From contig DATJNE010000213.1 of the NCBI GenBank assembly GCA_035508305.1, positions 12,205-76,204 on the forward strand: DNA of 64,000 nucleotides. The letters are read 5' to 3'. The notes under the pieces are model-generated. The model saw nothing but the letters and a program-made list of their open reading frames with translations. It had not been told where the DNA came from and searched no databases. Of this stretch, positions 27,493 through 36,622 are shown piece by piece (position 1 is the stretch's first letter; the number at the start of each line of letters is the position of its first letter). The translations under genes and the position numbers were made by a program. The stretch comes from Acidobacteriaceae bacterium (GTDB lineage: Bacteria; Acidobacteriota; Terriglobia; Terriglobales; Acidobacteriaceae).

Positions 27493-28527
27493 TCAGAGAG
27501 AAGACTTGCGAAGGATTGGAGCGGCCGCCTTGCGGGTGAAAACGAGACGGAGTCCGGATGATGAGTCCGGACGGTATCCGTTTCTGCGAAAGCCTCTCCT
27601 CAACCGCTGGCGAAATGAAGTTGGCACGAACGCAAAGAGGAGAAAAGTCAGCAAAGCGAGGAATTCGGGTTTGCCCTCGAAGAGAAACGCGCGCAGAAGA
27701 GTAAGTCTCGAGCCGAGGCCTGCGTGGCTGCGCTGCGCGCGCCAGCAACACTGAATGGCGACAAACCAGGAGAAGGCGCGAGGAGAAATGAGTTGGCGCG
27801 ACGCGCGGATCCACGCCAGAGACTTTTGCCATGAAGGAGCCCGGCTCACGGTCTCCCGGGCATCTTCCACGCGCCAGATCGACAATGGCCTGCGCACCAT
27901 GGAGAGCCCGACGCCTTTGTAGGACGCGGCGCGTATGAGCCAGTCCCAGTCCTGATGTAGGTCGAGTCCCGACTGAAAAGGCAGTGCGAGCAGGAGTTCA
28001 CGCGGCGCAAGGAGGGTGGAAGTCTGCATCACTCCGCCGGAATCCCGCAAACCAGAACGGCAAAAGAGGAAGTCGGCGATGGGCTGCGACGACTGGTAGG
28101 GGTGTGCCGGCAGAATTCGGCTGGCCGAAAGGGATTGTGCAATGAGACGGCAGGAGACGACGGGGAACCAGTCCGGCATGGCATGGGCTGCACGCATCTG
28201 AGCTTCAATTTTCTCCGGCAGCCACTCATCGTCGTCGTCAAGAAAGCCAACCCACTCGCCACGGGCAACGCGAACCCCCGCGTTACGAGCTTCGGAGCCT
28301 CCGCAGCAGGTGGGGCAAAAGACGACGCGCAGACGTGGATCCGTGATTTTCTCCAGAACAGCCGCGGTCTCAGCATCCGGACCGTCGACGACGACGATCA
28401 CTTCGATATTCGGCCAGGTTTGACGCAGGGCGCTGCGGATCGCGCAGGCGAGGAAGACAGGACGATTTCGGGTCGGTATCACCGCAGAAACAAGAGCGTG
28501 TTCCGATCGTGACACATAATCCGACAT
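27493..28527 (-). CDS. glycosyltransferase family 2
   Basis: SAVIPTRNRPVFLACAIRSALRQT and VVVDGPD, FLDDDDEW (DxD) GT-A motifs. Confidence 0.85.
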   Translation of the reverse strand: MSDYVSRSEHALVSAVIPTRNRPVFLACAIRSALRQTWPNIEVIVVVDGPDAETAAVLEKITDPRLRVVFCPTCCGGSEARNAGVRVARGEWVGFLDDDDEWLPEKIEAQMRAAHAMPDWFPVVSCRLIAQSLSASRILPAHPYQSSQPIADFLFCRSGLRDSGGVMQTSTLLAPRELLLALPFQSGLDLHQDWDWLIRAASYKGVGLSMVRRPLSIWRVEDARETVSRAPSWQKSLAWIRASRQLISPRAFSWFVAIQCCWRAQRSHAGLGSRLTLLRAFLFEGKPEFLALLTFLLFAFVPTSFRQRLRRGFRRNGYRPDSSSGLRLVFTRKAAAPILRKSSL

Positions 28528-28710
28528 AGCAGCGAAGCAGCAGGGGTTGGCCGCGGCTTTGCTGCAGAATAGTCTGTCGAATCGGGCGACAACAGATTAC
28601 CGCGGGGCTTCAGCTTCACCGAAGTAATGGTCGAGTTCCGGTTTGGTCCTCCCCTCGACGAGTATCTCGCCGAATCAAACAGACCAGTTACGTGAGAGCC
28701 GCCCGTCAAA

Positions 28711-28739
28711 GGAAAACCATAGAATCCCCGAAGCCGGGG
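28711..28739 (-). terminator. candidate intrinsic terminator after the AIM24-family gene
   Basis: On the minus strand: a CCCCG/CGGGG stem with tetraloop 5 nt after the stop, followed by a U-containing tract (ATTCTATGGTTTTCC). Confidence 0.4.
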
Positions 28740-28743
28740 TCCT

Positions 28744-29508
28744 CTAGCGATTCATGTTGTCGAGGACCGAGCCGACAATACCGCCGAGAAGGCCGGCCTC
28801 GGTGGTCTGTCGCACCTCTCGCGTTGCCGGCATATATTCCTGCAACTGATGGGCAAGACGTGAAATGGGCAGAGTCTGCAGCCAGATGCGTCCGGGACCG
28901 GTGAGGGCGGCGAGAAAGATTCCGTCGCCCCCGAAGATCAGGTTCTTGATACCCCGGACCATCGTGATCTGGAAGGAGACGCTCGCCGTAAACGCACCCA
29001 CATGGCCGGGATGCACCAGCAGAGTCTCTCCCTGCTGGAGGTCCCGCGTGACCACCTCGCCGGACAATTCCAGCCAGGCCGTGCCCTGACCGCTGACTTT
29101 TTGCAGCAGGAAGCCGTCGCCGCCGAAGATGCCGGCCCCAAGTGACTGCTGGAACCCCACGCTGATCTGAATTCCTGCTGTCGCACAGAGGAACCCATGG
29201 CGATGAACCATGTAATCGTAGCCGGGCGCTACCTCAACCGGCACAATGTGGCCGGGCACACGGCTTGCAAAGGCAAGCTCAGCGTTGCCGCCCATGGCTC
29301 GGTACTCCGTCATAAAAAGGCTGCCGCCGCCGGCAACGCGCTTGATGACGCCGAAGAGGCCGCCCCCTCCCGCGAACTGCGTGTGGGTCGTCATCTGAAC
29401 GTTGGCGGACATCCAGGAGAGCTCTCCCGCCTCGGAGATGATCGCGTCGTTCGGTTCGAGAAGGAACTCGAGAACCGGCATAGTCGTGCCGATGACCTGA
29501 CTTTTCAT
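28744..29508 (-). CDS. AIM24/TIGR00266-family protein
   Basis: MKSQVIGTTMPVLEFLLEPNDAIISEAGELSWM... with repeated GG-rich beta segments typical of this family. The ATG at 29508 is preferred over the ORF-track start at 29610. Confidence 0.75.
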   Translation of the reverse strand: MKSQVIGTTMPVLEFLLEPNDAIISEAGELSWMSANVQMTTHTQFAGGGGLFGVIKRVAGGGSLFMTEYRAMGGNAELAFASRVPGHIVPVEVAPGYDYMVHRHGFLCATAGIQISVGFQQSLGAGIFGGDGFLLQKVSGQGTAWLELSGEVVTRDLQQGETLLVHPGHVGAFTASVSFQITMVRGIKNLIFGGDGIFLAALTGPGRIWLQTLPISRLAHQLQEYMPATREVRQTTEAGLLGGIVGSVLDNMNR

Positions 29509-30063
29509 GTCGAACAGGTTACAGGATTGGAGCCGAGCCGTCACGGTCAGTCGTTTGCAGCGAGACCGTAAAGGCCGATTAAGCGACGGCGCCAGGGTCG
29601 CTCCCGTCACTGGGAAAAAACTGCCCCGAAACGCTCACACGCGAGCACAAATTGCACGCGTTTACAGCCGGAACGGGCGCCGGCGCGGAATGGCGCGAAA
29701 TTCCTCAGAAATTTCTCCGCAATGGGGTTGTACCTTGCGTTAATGAGGGGTACTACTATTGTAATACCTTCGGTGAAACGTCGCGAAGGATTGCACGAAC
29801 CCTGTTTTGCTTGGTGAGGTAGGGGCTCAGAAGTGACCGTGTTACGCCACGCTGTCCGTTGTCACCGCGTTGTTTGTTGGATCGCCGTTGAGCAGTCGCC
29901 GCAATGGAAGAGTCGCAGGGTCCCCCGAAAACTTGCAACCAGCCTGGTATCTCAGTCTGAGAGAGAAAGGTAGCGTCTCGTTTCGACGAGCCATGAGGGT
30001 TGTCGCTTCCGCGACGACGCATCGGGGCCCGATCGAAAAAGACCACGCCTGACACTCAGCTGC

Positions 30064-30085
30064 GCCTTTCTGCGGGCAGAAAGGC
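30064..30085. other. strong hairpin inside the long non-coding gap
   Basis: Perfect 9-bp stem GCCTTTCTG / CAGAAAGGC with a CGGG loop. No clear U-tract on either strand. Confidence 0.5.
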
Positions 30086-30155
30086 TTGGTGCGCCAGTCG
30101 CCCTGCGTGCGCCAACGGTGGATGTGTGCGCAGGCGTTCTCAGGTGACAAAGCAT

Positions 30156-31238
30156 ATGGATTCCAGTCGCGTTCCTCCCCCCTTCGTCCGCATAGTCGCG
30201 GCTCACACCACATATTCCTGCAGCTATTCTTCAATCTCCCCGTCACGAACCCGGGCGGCACACCAATCAGCTGGTTTGTGCACTCGGATTATCACCACCG
30301 TCGCTGTCCTGGCCTGCAGCCTCCCGGGAACGATGTATGCAGCGCGTCATCACGATTCTCGCGGGCAGGGCTCGCAGGAGCAGTTGAGTGCGTTGACTTG
30401 TGCCGGCAGGTCGATCACCGGAGTCGGGACAATTGCCTGTACGGTCACGCTGGCGCAGAGAGCGGGGAGCGGCGGCTTTACCGTAGACCTTGCCAGCAGC
30501 AGCAGCGCTGTGAAGGTGCCCGCAACGCTGACGGTCGCGTCCGGGTCGTCAAGCGCCGGATTTACAGCGACCGCCTCGGCGGTCAGCTCGGCGCAGACGG
30601 CGACTCTCATAGCGTCGGATGGCAGTAACTCTGAGAGTTACTCCCTGCAGCTGACCCCTGGCAGCAGTGGCACCGCCGCACTGACGCTGCAGTCCTCAAG
30701 CGTGGCCTTCGGTAACGTGAGCGTGGATACTCCGTCGACGCAAACTGTGCAACTGACCTCCGGCGGCACCGCATCCCTGACCATCAGTGCGGCGATGATT
30801 CATGGCACCGGTTTTTCGATGTCTGGAATCACAACGCCTGCCACACTGGCGCCGGGTCAAAGCGCGACTTTGGATCTGCAGTTCGATCCCACAGTCGCGG
30901 GCACGGACACGGGCACGGTGACAATCAGCAGCAACGCCGCGGGTGGTGGCACCTCGACGATCGCACTCACCGGCACAGGCACAACTGCCGCTGGTTATGA
31001 GGTGCAACTCAGCTGGGCTGCACCCTCAAACTCAACCGATCCGGTTGCCGGGTATAACGTATATCGTGCCGCGAGCGGCGGCGCGTATCAAAAACTGAAT
31101 AGCTCGGCTTATCAGCCCATTGCTTACACCGACACAAGCGTGCAGGGCGGAACGACGTACACCTATGAGGTCATGAGCGTTGACGCCTCCGGAAACCAGA
31201 GCGCACCGTCGAACATCTATATCGCCACGATTCCCTAA
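30156..31238 (+). CDS. exported surface protein with Ig-like (choice-of-anchor-D-like) repeats and a C-terminal fibronectin type III domain
   Basis: Hydrophobic signal segment (IITTVAVLACSLPG). Two repeats of the type SSVAFGNVSV...TQTVQLTSGGTASLTIS. FN3-like YNVYRA...YTDTSVQGGTTYTYEV. Start is uncertain (ATG 30156 or TTG 30276). Confidence 0.7.
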   Translation: MDSSRVPPPFVRIVAAHTTYSCSYSSISPSRTRAAHQSAGLCTRIITTVAVLACSLPGTMYAARHHDSRGQGSQEQLSALTCAGRSITGVGTIACTVTLAQRAGSGGFTVDLASSSSAVKVPATLTVASGSSSAGFTATASAVSSAQTATLIASDGSNSESYSLQLTPGSSGTAALTLQSSSVAFGNVSVDTPSTQTVQLTSGGTASLTISAAMIHGTGFSMSGITTPATLAPGQSATLDLQFDPTVAGTDTGTVTISSNAAGGGTSTIALTGTGTTAAGYEVQLSWAAPSNSTDPVAGYNVYRAASGGAYQKLNSSAYQPIAYTDTSVQGGTTYTYEVMSVDASGNQSAPSNIYIATIP

Positions 31239-31262
31239 GCGCAATTGAGCTGTGCGGATGGA

Positions 31263-31288
31263 GGGTCCTGCCGCAGCAGGCAGGACCC
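31263..31288. terminator. hairpin between the convergent FN3 gene and hslR (possible bidirectional terminator)
   Basis: Perfect 10-bp stem GGGTCCTGCC / GGCAGGACCC with a 6-nt loop. Only a short TTT follows on the plus strand. Confidence 0.45.
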
Positions 31289-31408
31289 CCACTTTCGCAC
31301 CTGAAAATCGACCCCGGCAGCAATGGTCAAAGGGCGACCGTAACCCAACCGCCTACGCCGTTGCGCGGACGCACCGCGGCGGGCTCTCCGGTGAACCAAC
31401 AACTCGGA

Positions 31409-31795
31409 TTACCTGTTCGCGCCGCCGCGAAACCGATGGATGAGACGTCGGTCGCGCTTCGAGGGGCGTCCTGCAGGGGCTGGCGTATGGTGGAGTCCGG
31501 CTCTTCGCTCTTCCGCAAATCTGCGCCGGGCCTCCCGGCTTGCCTCCGTCTCGCGGTAGAGTTGCTGGCCGACGGAGGCGGGTCCGCGGTTCTCGCTCAG
31601 TCCAAGGACCTCAACCTCGAAATCGCCCCCTTCGGTTTTGATGAATAGCAGATCGCCTACGCGGACTTCGCGCGAAGAACGGGCCGGTTGTTGATTCGCC
31701 TGGACCCGACTCAGCTCGCAGGCTTTGGCGGCCAGGGTCCGCGTTTTGAAGAAGCGCGCTGCCCACAGCCACTTGTCGAGACGCGTGCCATTCAT
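31409..31795 (-). CDS. hslR: S4-domain RNA-binding heat shock protein 15
   Basis: RLDKWLWAARFFKTRTLA S4 signature. 128 aa with a basic C-terminal tail. Confidence 0.85.
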   Translation of the reverse strand: MNGTRLDKWLWAARFFKTRTLAAKACELSRVQANQQPARSSREVRVGDLLFIKTEGGDFEVEVLGLSENRGPASVGQQLYRETEASREARRRFAEERRAGLHHTPAPAGRPSKRDRRLIHRFRGGANR

Positions 31796-32106
31796 CGCTT
31801 TCAGCTTAAAACTGCGGACGAGCAGAGCATGCTGTACGGCGATCGCCTCGCTCCCTGGGGTCCGTTGGACCTCGACGCGGCTTGCCCGCAGGGGAGGGCG
31901 AAAGTTTGGCGAAGACTAGCGCGATTTGCGATCGATGACAAGAGCCAGATCCAGAGAATTCAGAGGGAGGGTATCCGTTTCGATAACCACTACATCTTGT
32001 GGCCCGCAATCCGGAAACACCAAAGTCGTGTTGTTTCCTCGTAACTTGCGCTGGCCGTGGAGCTTACGGCAACAGCCATACCGGCGGGACGACCAGATTT
32101 TCCACT

Positions 32107-32134
32107 TTGCAGGGAGAATCTTATCGGTTACGCT
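32107..32134 (+). promoter_or_regulatory. candidate mraZ/dcw promoter (-35 TTGCAG, 16-nt spacer, -10 TACGCT)
   Basis: Reasonable -35 and weak -10, immediately upstream of the GTGG repeat operator. This arrangement resembles the E. coli Pmra region. Confidence 0.3.
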
Positions 32135-32141
32135 GCGTCAG

Positions 32142-32170
32142 GTGGTCAATTGTGGAGTGTAGTGGTCTAG
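32142..32170 (+). promoter_or_regulatory. MraZ operator: three direct GTGGN repeats at exactly 10-bp spacing
   Basis: GTGGTcaattGTGGAgtgtaGTGGTctaga, with GTGG at 32142, 32152 and 32162. About 120 nt upstream of the mraZ ATG. Confidence 0.65.
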
Positions 32171-32284
32171 AGTTCTTACTCCGCAAATGACGTCACAACA
32201 GCGTCCCAGCGCTCCACCTTAGCACCATCCGGGCAGCGACGGCGCAGTCATTTTGCGGGGGTTCCGCCTCAGGTACGGGATTCG

Positions 32285-32719
32285 ATGTTTCGCGGCAGCC
32301 ACATCACGCGGGTCGACGAGAAAGGCCGGCTCAAACTGCCCGCTGACTTCAAGCGGCAGATCGAAGAGCAGCACGGGCCGCGGTTCTACATCACCAGCCG
32401 GGACGGCAAAGTGGCTGAGATTCACCCCATGCAGGAGTGGGAAGAGTTCGAGAAGAAGCTGGCGGCGGTTCCAACGTTTAATTTGGCGAAGCAGAAGCTG
32501 CTGAAGTGGCTCAACTATTTCGGGCAAACCGCGGAGATGGATGGGCAGGGAAGGGTGCTGTTGCCCCAAACGCTGCGGGAGAAGGCAAACCTGATGACAG
32601 ACGTTGTGGTTTACGGCTGCGAAGGCTATCTGAAGGTTGAAAACCACGACCATTACGAAGAGGATCTGCAGCCGATGACCATGGACGACCAGATCGAGCT
32701 TTCGAAGGTTGGGATTTAG
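32285..32719 (+). CDS. mraZ: division/cell wall cluster transcriptional regulator MraZ
   Basis: Two SpoVT/AbrB-like halves carrying DEKGRLKLP and DGQGRVLLP motifs. Confidence 0.95.
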   Translation: MFRGSHITRVDEKGRLKLPADFKRQIEEQHGPRFYITSRDGKVAEIHPMQEWEEFEKKLAAVPTFNLAKQKLLKWLNYFGQTAEMDGQGRVLLPQTLREKANLMTDVVVYGCEGYLKVENHDHYEEDLQPMTMDDQIELSKVGI

Positions 32720-32747
32720 GCAGGGCAAGACCCCTCAGGGGGAGCAC

Positions 32748-33713
32748 ATGACGGAAGGCTTAAGGCATGTGCCGGTTCTTTTACAAATTGCGATCCAAAT
32801 GCTGAACGTACGCCGGGGTGGCGTTTATGTTGATGCGACCCTTGGCAATGCGGGGCACGCGAGCGAGATGGCGCGGCGTCTGGGGCCGAATGGGAAGCTG
32901 ATCGGCTTCGACCGGGATCCGGAGGCGCTGGCGCTGGCAAAGCAGAGGCTGGAGGCTCTCCACGTTGAAATGGGAGCTGAGATGCCCGAGGTGGTCCTGC
33001 ACGATGTGGAGTTCTCGCAGATGGCCGAAGTGCTGGCCGGGCAGAAAGTCGATGGGCTGCTGGCGGACTTCGGTGTCAGCTCGATGCAGTTCGACGAAGC
33101 GTACAGAGGGTTCAGTTTTCAGGCGGAAGGCAACCTGGATATGCGGATGAATTCGCGCCAGGAGATGACCGCCGAACAAGTGGTAAATCAGGCCGGAGAA
33201 AAGGAACTCGCCGATCTGATTTACGAATTCGGAGAGGAAAGGAGGTCGCGGAGAATCGCCAGAGCCATTGTCCGGGCGCGGCCGATAACAACGACGGTGC
33301 AGTTGGCCCGAGTTGTTGCGGCTGCGGCCCCGGCAATGAAACAGGAACGGATTCATCCGGCGACCAGGACCTTTCAGGCTCTTCGAATTTATGTGAACGC
33401 GGAGCTGAGCGAGATCGATGCGCTGCTCAGTTTGGCGCCGGAGGTGGTGAAGCCGGGGGGAAGGCTGGTAGCGATCAGCTTCCACTCGCTCGAAGACCGG
33501 CGCGTAAAGGATGCGCTGCGCGAGGGAGCGCGGCAGGGAATTTGGGAAGTGCTGACGCGGAAGCCGATGACGGCGGAAGCGGAGGAAACGGATCGCAATC
33601 CGCGGGCGCGCAGCGCGAAGCTGCGAGCGGCGGAAAGAACAAAGAAGCAGGCAGGGATCGGGCAGGCAGTGGAGAAGGTCGAGGGAGACGAACGATGGCG
33701 ACACAGGCGATAG
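32748..33713 (+). CDS. rsmH: 16S rRNA (cytosine1402-N4)-methyltransferase
   Basis: HVPVLL, DATLGNAGHA and DFGVSSMQFD motifs. ATG at 32748 with GGGGGAG upstream. Confidence 0.95.
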   Translation: MTEGLRHVPVLLQIAIQMLNVRRGGVYVDATLGNAGHASEMARRLGPNGKLIGFDRDPEALALAKQRLEALHVEMGAEMPEVVLHDVEFSQMAEVLAGQKVDGLLADFGVSSMQFDEAYRGFSFQAEGNLDMRMNSRQEMTAEQVVNQAGEKELADLIYEFGEERRSRRIARAIVRARPITTTVQLARVVAAAAPAMKQERIHPATRTFQALRIYVNAELSEIDALLSLAPEVVKPGGRLVAISFHSLEDRRVKDALREGARQGIWEVLTRKPMTAEAEETDRNPRARSAKLRAAERTKKQAGIGQAVEKVEGDERWRHRR

Positions 33714-34207
33714 CGGCACCGATCATCGGAGGAATAAACCGGGATTTGCGGTGGGTCGAGGAGCACAATGCGATGTTGCTGGCGTCGCAGCGGCGCGGCC
33801 GGCGCGGGCCTACGCCGGAGGCGCTCTTCACCAAACGCATCGACAATTCGCGCCTGGTGAAGGCGAACGATCCCGCTCGCTCCCGTGAAATGCGCAGCTT
33901 TGCCTACGCGATGATTTTCCTGCTCTCACTCATCATGGTCTATGGATGGCAGCATTTCAGCGCGATCGAATGTGGCTATCGCATTGAGAGCGAAAAACAG
34001 GACATGCAGGCGCTGCAGGAGCAGAACCGCCAATTGCGGCTGACCGAAGCGCAACTGGCGAACCCGGCGCGCATCGATACCATGGCAAGAAATCTGGGAT
34101 TCGAAGCGCCCCAACCCGGACAGGTGGTTCGCCCGAACGGAAACGCGGATAATCTTGGCGGTCCGGTCATGGCGGCGTCCCGGCCAGCGGTTCCGGTCAT
34201 GCATTGA
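33695..34207 (+). CDS. ftsL: cell division protein FtsL-like
   Basis: Single TM helix (FAYAMIFLLSLIMVYGW) followed by a coiled coil (MQALQEQNRQLRLTEAQL). Canonical position between rsmH and ftsI. Confidence 0.7.
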   Translation: MATQAIAAPIIGGINRDLRWVEEHNAMLLASQRRGRRGPTPEALFTKRIDNSRLVKANDPARSREMRSFAYAMIFLLSLIMVYGWQHFSAIECGYRIESEKQDMQALQEQNRQLRLTEAQLANPARIDTMARNLGFEAPQPGQVVRPNGNADNLGGPVMAASRPAVPVMH

Positions 34208-34235
34208 GTTTCCCCCTGAGAGGAGAGGTTTCGCT

Positions 34236-36566
34236 GTGAATCTGCCTGCGTTCTCCTCTGAACCGTCACCGGATCATGGTGACAGCGCAACGCCCACAAA
34301 GCCCCACCACGCCCATGATCGACGGGGTGGGGTTTCCTCAGTTCTCCCCTTTAAAAGCAAACCATTCCTCGTAACGCCGATGCGCCAAACGCGCATTCTG
34401 GCAATGCTGGCCATTTTCCTGAGCTGGGTCGTGCTCATCGTCGTGCGGCTGGTATGGCTGCAGGTGATCCAGCACAACGAGTGGGCGGAACGTGCCGCGC
34501 GCCAGCAGGAGAGGACCTTTACCGTGGCTCCTCGGCGTGGCATCCTGTACGACCGCGACCTGCACGAACTCGCGATGACGGTCGTCGCCCAGTCCGTCTA
34601 CGCGGTTCCCTCCGAAATTGGTGACAAACGCGCCACGGATGCAGCGATGCTGGCGAAGATCGTGCACACGGATCCGGAAGACAGGTTCACTTCCGACAAG
34701 CAGATCCTGGCGCGGCTGATGGATTCGCGCAACTTCGCGTGGATCGCACGCAAGCAGTCTCCAGCAGTCATCGCCAAAGTCCAGGCGCTCCGTCTCAAGG
34801 GCATCTATTTTCAAAAGGAATTCAAGCGTTTTTATCCGGACCAGCAGTTAGCCGCTCAGGTGCTGGGCTACGTCGGCATGGACGACGACGGACTTGCCGG
34901 CGTCGAGGAAGAGCGCGACAAGGAGCTTCACGGGACGCCGGGGCGAATGCTGACGGCCATCGACGCTCGCCGGCATGTCCTCGACAGTGAGGAGCGCGAC
35001 CCGCTGCCGGGGCAGAACCTCGTTCTGACCATTGACGCGAATATCCAGTTCATGGCGGAGCAGGCGCTGGATCGCAATATGGAGAGAACCGGATCGGCAA
35101 ACGGCACCGTCGTGGTGCAGGATCCGCACACCGGGCAGATTCTCGCTCTCGCCATTCGGCCCACGTTTAACCCCAATGATTTTCGGCACGACAACCCGGC
35201 ACTGTTGAAAGATCACGCCGTCAGCGATGTGTACGAGCCCGGTTCGACCTTCAAGTTAGTGACATATTCGGCGGCACTGGATTCCGGCGTGGCGAAGCCC
35301 GACGACATGATCGACTGCGAGGGCGGCAAAATTGTCGTGGCCGGTCGAACCGTGCACGATGACCACTACAACGGCGTGATGACCGTGACGCAGGCGCTCG
35401 AGGTTTCGAGCGACGTGGCTGCGATCAAGCTGGGAATGCGCATGGGCCCGCAGCGCTTCTATCAATATATTCGCGGTTTCGGGTTTGGATCGAAGTCCGG
35501 GATTGAGCTACCCGGCGAGACACGTGGCTTGGTGAAGCCGCCATCGCGCTGGCAGCCGACGACTATTGGATCGATCCCCATGGGCCAGGAAATCGCGGTC
35601 ACGCCTATTCAGCTGGTCACCATGGCGTCCGCGATCGCAAATGGGGGCGTCTATCTGCCACCGCACATTGTGCTTGAGAGCACCAGTGAAATGCGGGGAA
35701 GCGCCAGCCTGCAGCCGGCGGTCTTCCATCCGGAAGGGGAACTGCCGGATCCTCTCCCGTTCGGGGCGCATCGGGTGATTTCCGAGATGACCTCGGCGGA
35801 GATGCGCAAAATGATGGAGGGCGTCGTGCTCTACGGTACTGGCACCACCGCCCAGCTCGATGGATACAGCGCCGCAGGCAAGACGGGAACAGCGCAGAAG
35901 ATCGATCCCGCGACGCACACATATTCGAAAACGAAGTACGTCGCTTCCTTTGTGGGATTCGCTCCAGTCAGCGATCCGGCTGTGACCATCGCTGTCGTGA
36001 TGGATTCACCGACGAAAGGCGGACACTTCGGCCATGAAGTCAGCGCCCCCGTGTTCCAGGGTCTCGCCCAGGAGATCCTCGAGTACCTGGGCGTGCCCCA
36101 CGATCAGGACCTGAAACCGGCTAAGGATCTGGCGAAAAACAGCAAGCCCGTCAAAGAGGTCGAACCGCAGGAATCCAGCGAAGCACTGGAGTCGCTCTTT
36201 GCTGAAGTGAATCATCTCCCGGCAGACGATCCGCTGCGGGAGCAAGCGAGCGCGCAGAGCGCCGGACCCGCAGCACAGGACCAGCCTGCCACAACGCCGC
36301 AGCTGGCCTCGCCTTCCCCGCCGGCAAGAACGTTGCCGTCGGCGGGCGCAGCACCGAAGATAGAGGCTGGTTCAGTGAAAGTCGCCAATCAGCGGGTCGC
36401 CGTGCCTTCATTCCTGGGCAAGTCGCTGCGCGAAGTCGTGGTCGATGCTGGCGCTGCGGGGCTGGGGGTTCAGGTCGTCGGATCCGGGATCGCTCGCGAT
36501 CAGGCGCCGGCGGCAGGGACCATGGTGCCTGCGGGCACCGAGATTGTCGTGCGCTTTGCGCAGTGA
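34236..36566 (+). CDS. ftsI: penicillin-binding protein 3-type transpeptidase
   Basis: GSTFK (SxxK) and KTGT motifs, with PASTA-like C-terminal repeats. GTG at 34236 has a strong GAGAGGAGAGG Shine-Dalgarno; the ATG at 34380 is the alternative start. Confidence 0.9.
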   Translation: MNLPAFSSEPSPDHGDSATPTKPHHAHDRRGGVSSVLPFKSKPFLVTPMRQTRILAMLAIFLSWVVLIVVRLVWLQVIQHNEWAERAARQQERTFTVAPRRGILYDRDLHELAMTVVAQSVYAVPSEIGDKRATDAAMLAKIVHTDPEDRFTSDKQILARLMDSRNFAWIARKQSPAVIAKVQALRLKGIYFQKEFKRFYPDQQLAAQVLGYVGMDDDGLAGVEEERDKELHGTPGRMLTAIDARRHVLDSEERDPLPGQNLVLTIDANIQFMAEQALDRNMERTGSANGTVVVQDPHTGQILALAIRPTFNPNDFRHDNPALLKDHAVSDVYEPGSTFKLVTYSAALDSGVAKPDDMIDCEGGKIVVAGRTVHDDHYNGVMTVTQALEVSSDVAAIKLGMRMGPQRFYQYIRGFGFGSKSGIELPGETRGLVKPPSRWQPTTIGSIPMGQEIAVTPIQLVTMASAIANGGVYLPPHIVLESTSEMRGSASLQPAVFHPEGELPDPLPFGAHRVISEMTSAEMRKMMEGVVLYGTGTTAQLDGYSAAGKTGTAQKIDPATHTYSKTKYVASFVGFAPVSDPAVTIAVVMDSPTKGGHFGHEVSAPVFQGLAQEILEYLGVPHDQDLKPAKDLAKNSKPVKEVEPQESSEALESLFAEVNHLPADDPLREQASAQSAGPAAQDQPATTPQLASPSPPARTLPSAGAAPKIEAGSVKVANQRVAVPSFLGKSLREVVVDAGAAGLGVQVVGSGIARDQAPAAGTMVPAGTEIVVRFAQ

Positions 36567-36622
36567 CTCACCGCAAAGCCGAAAAGTCCTGCCAGAGCTG
36601 TGACGCTTACAATCAGCTTGAT

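Noticed and set aside
29509-30275. Known riboswitch classes (cobalamin, TPP, SAM, c-di-GMP) or housekeeping RNAs (RNase P, tmRNA, SRP, 6S) in the long gap.
   Set aside because: I could not find the diagnostic conserved cores, for example the B12 box, GAGGAAAGTCC of RNase P, or a tmRNA tag reading frame. The region is kept only as an unexplained structured region. An Infernal scan is needed.
31688-32044. 118-aa plus-strand ORF in and next to hslR.
   Set aside because: Its first third is antisense to the well-supported hslR gene. It has no ribosome-binding site and no motif.
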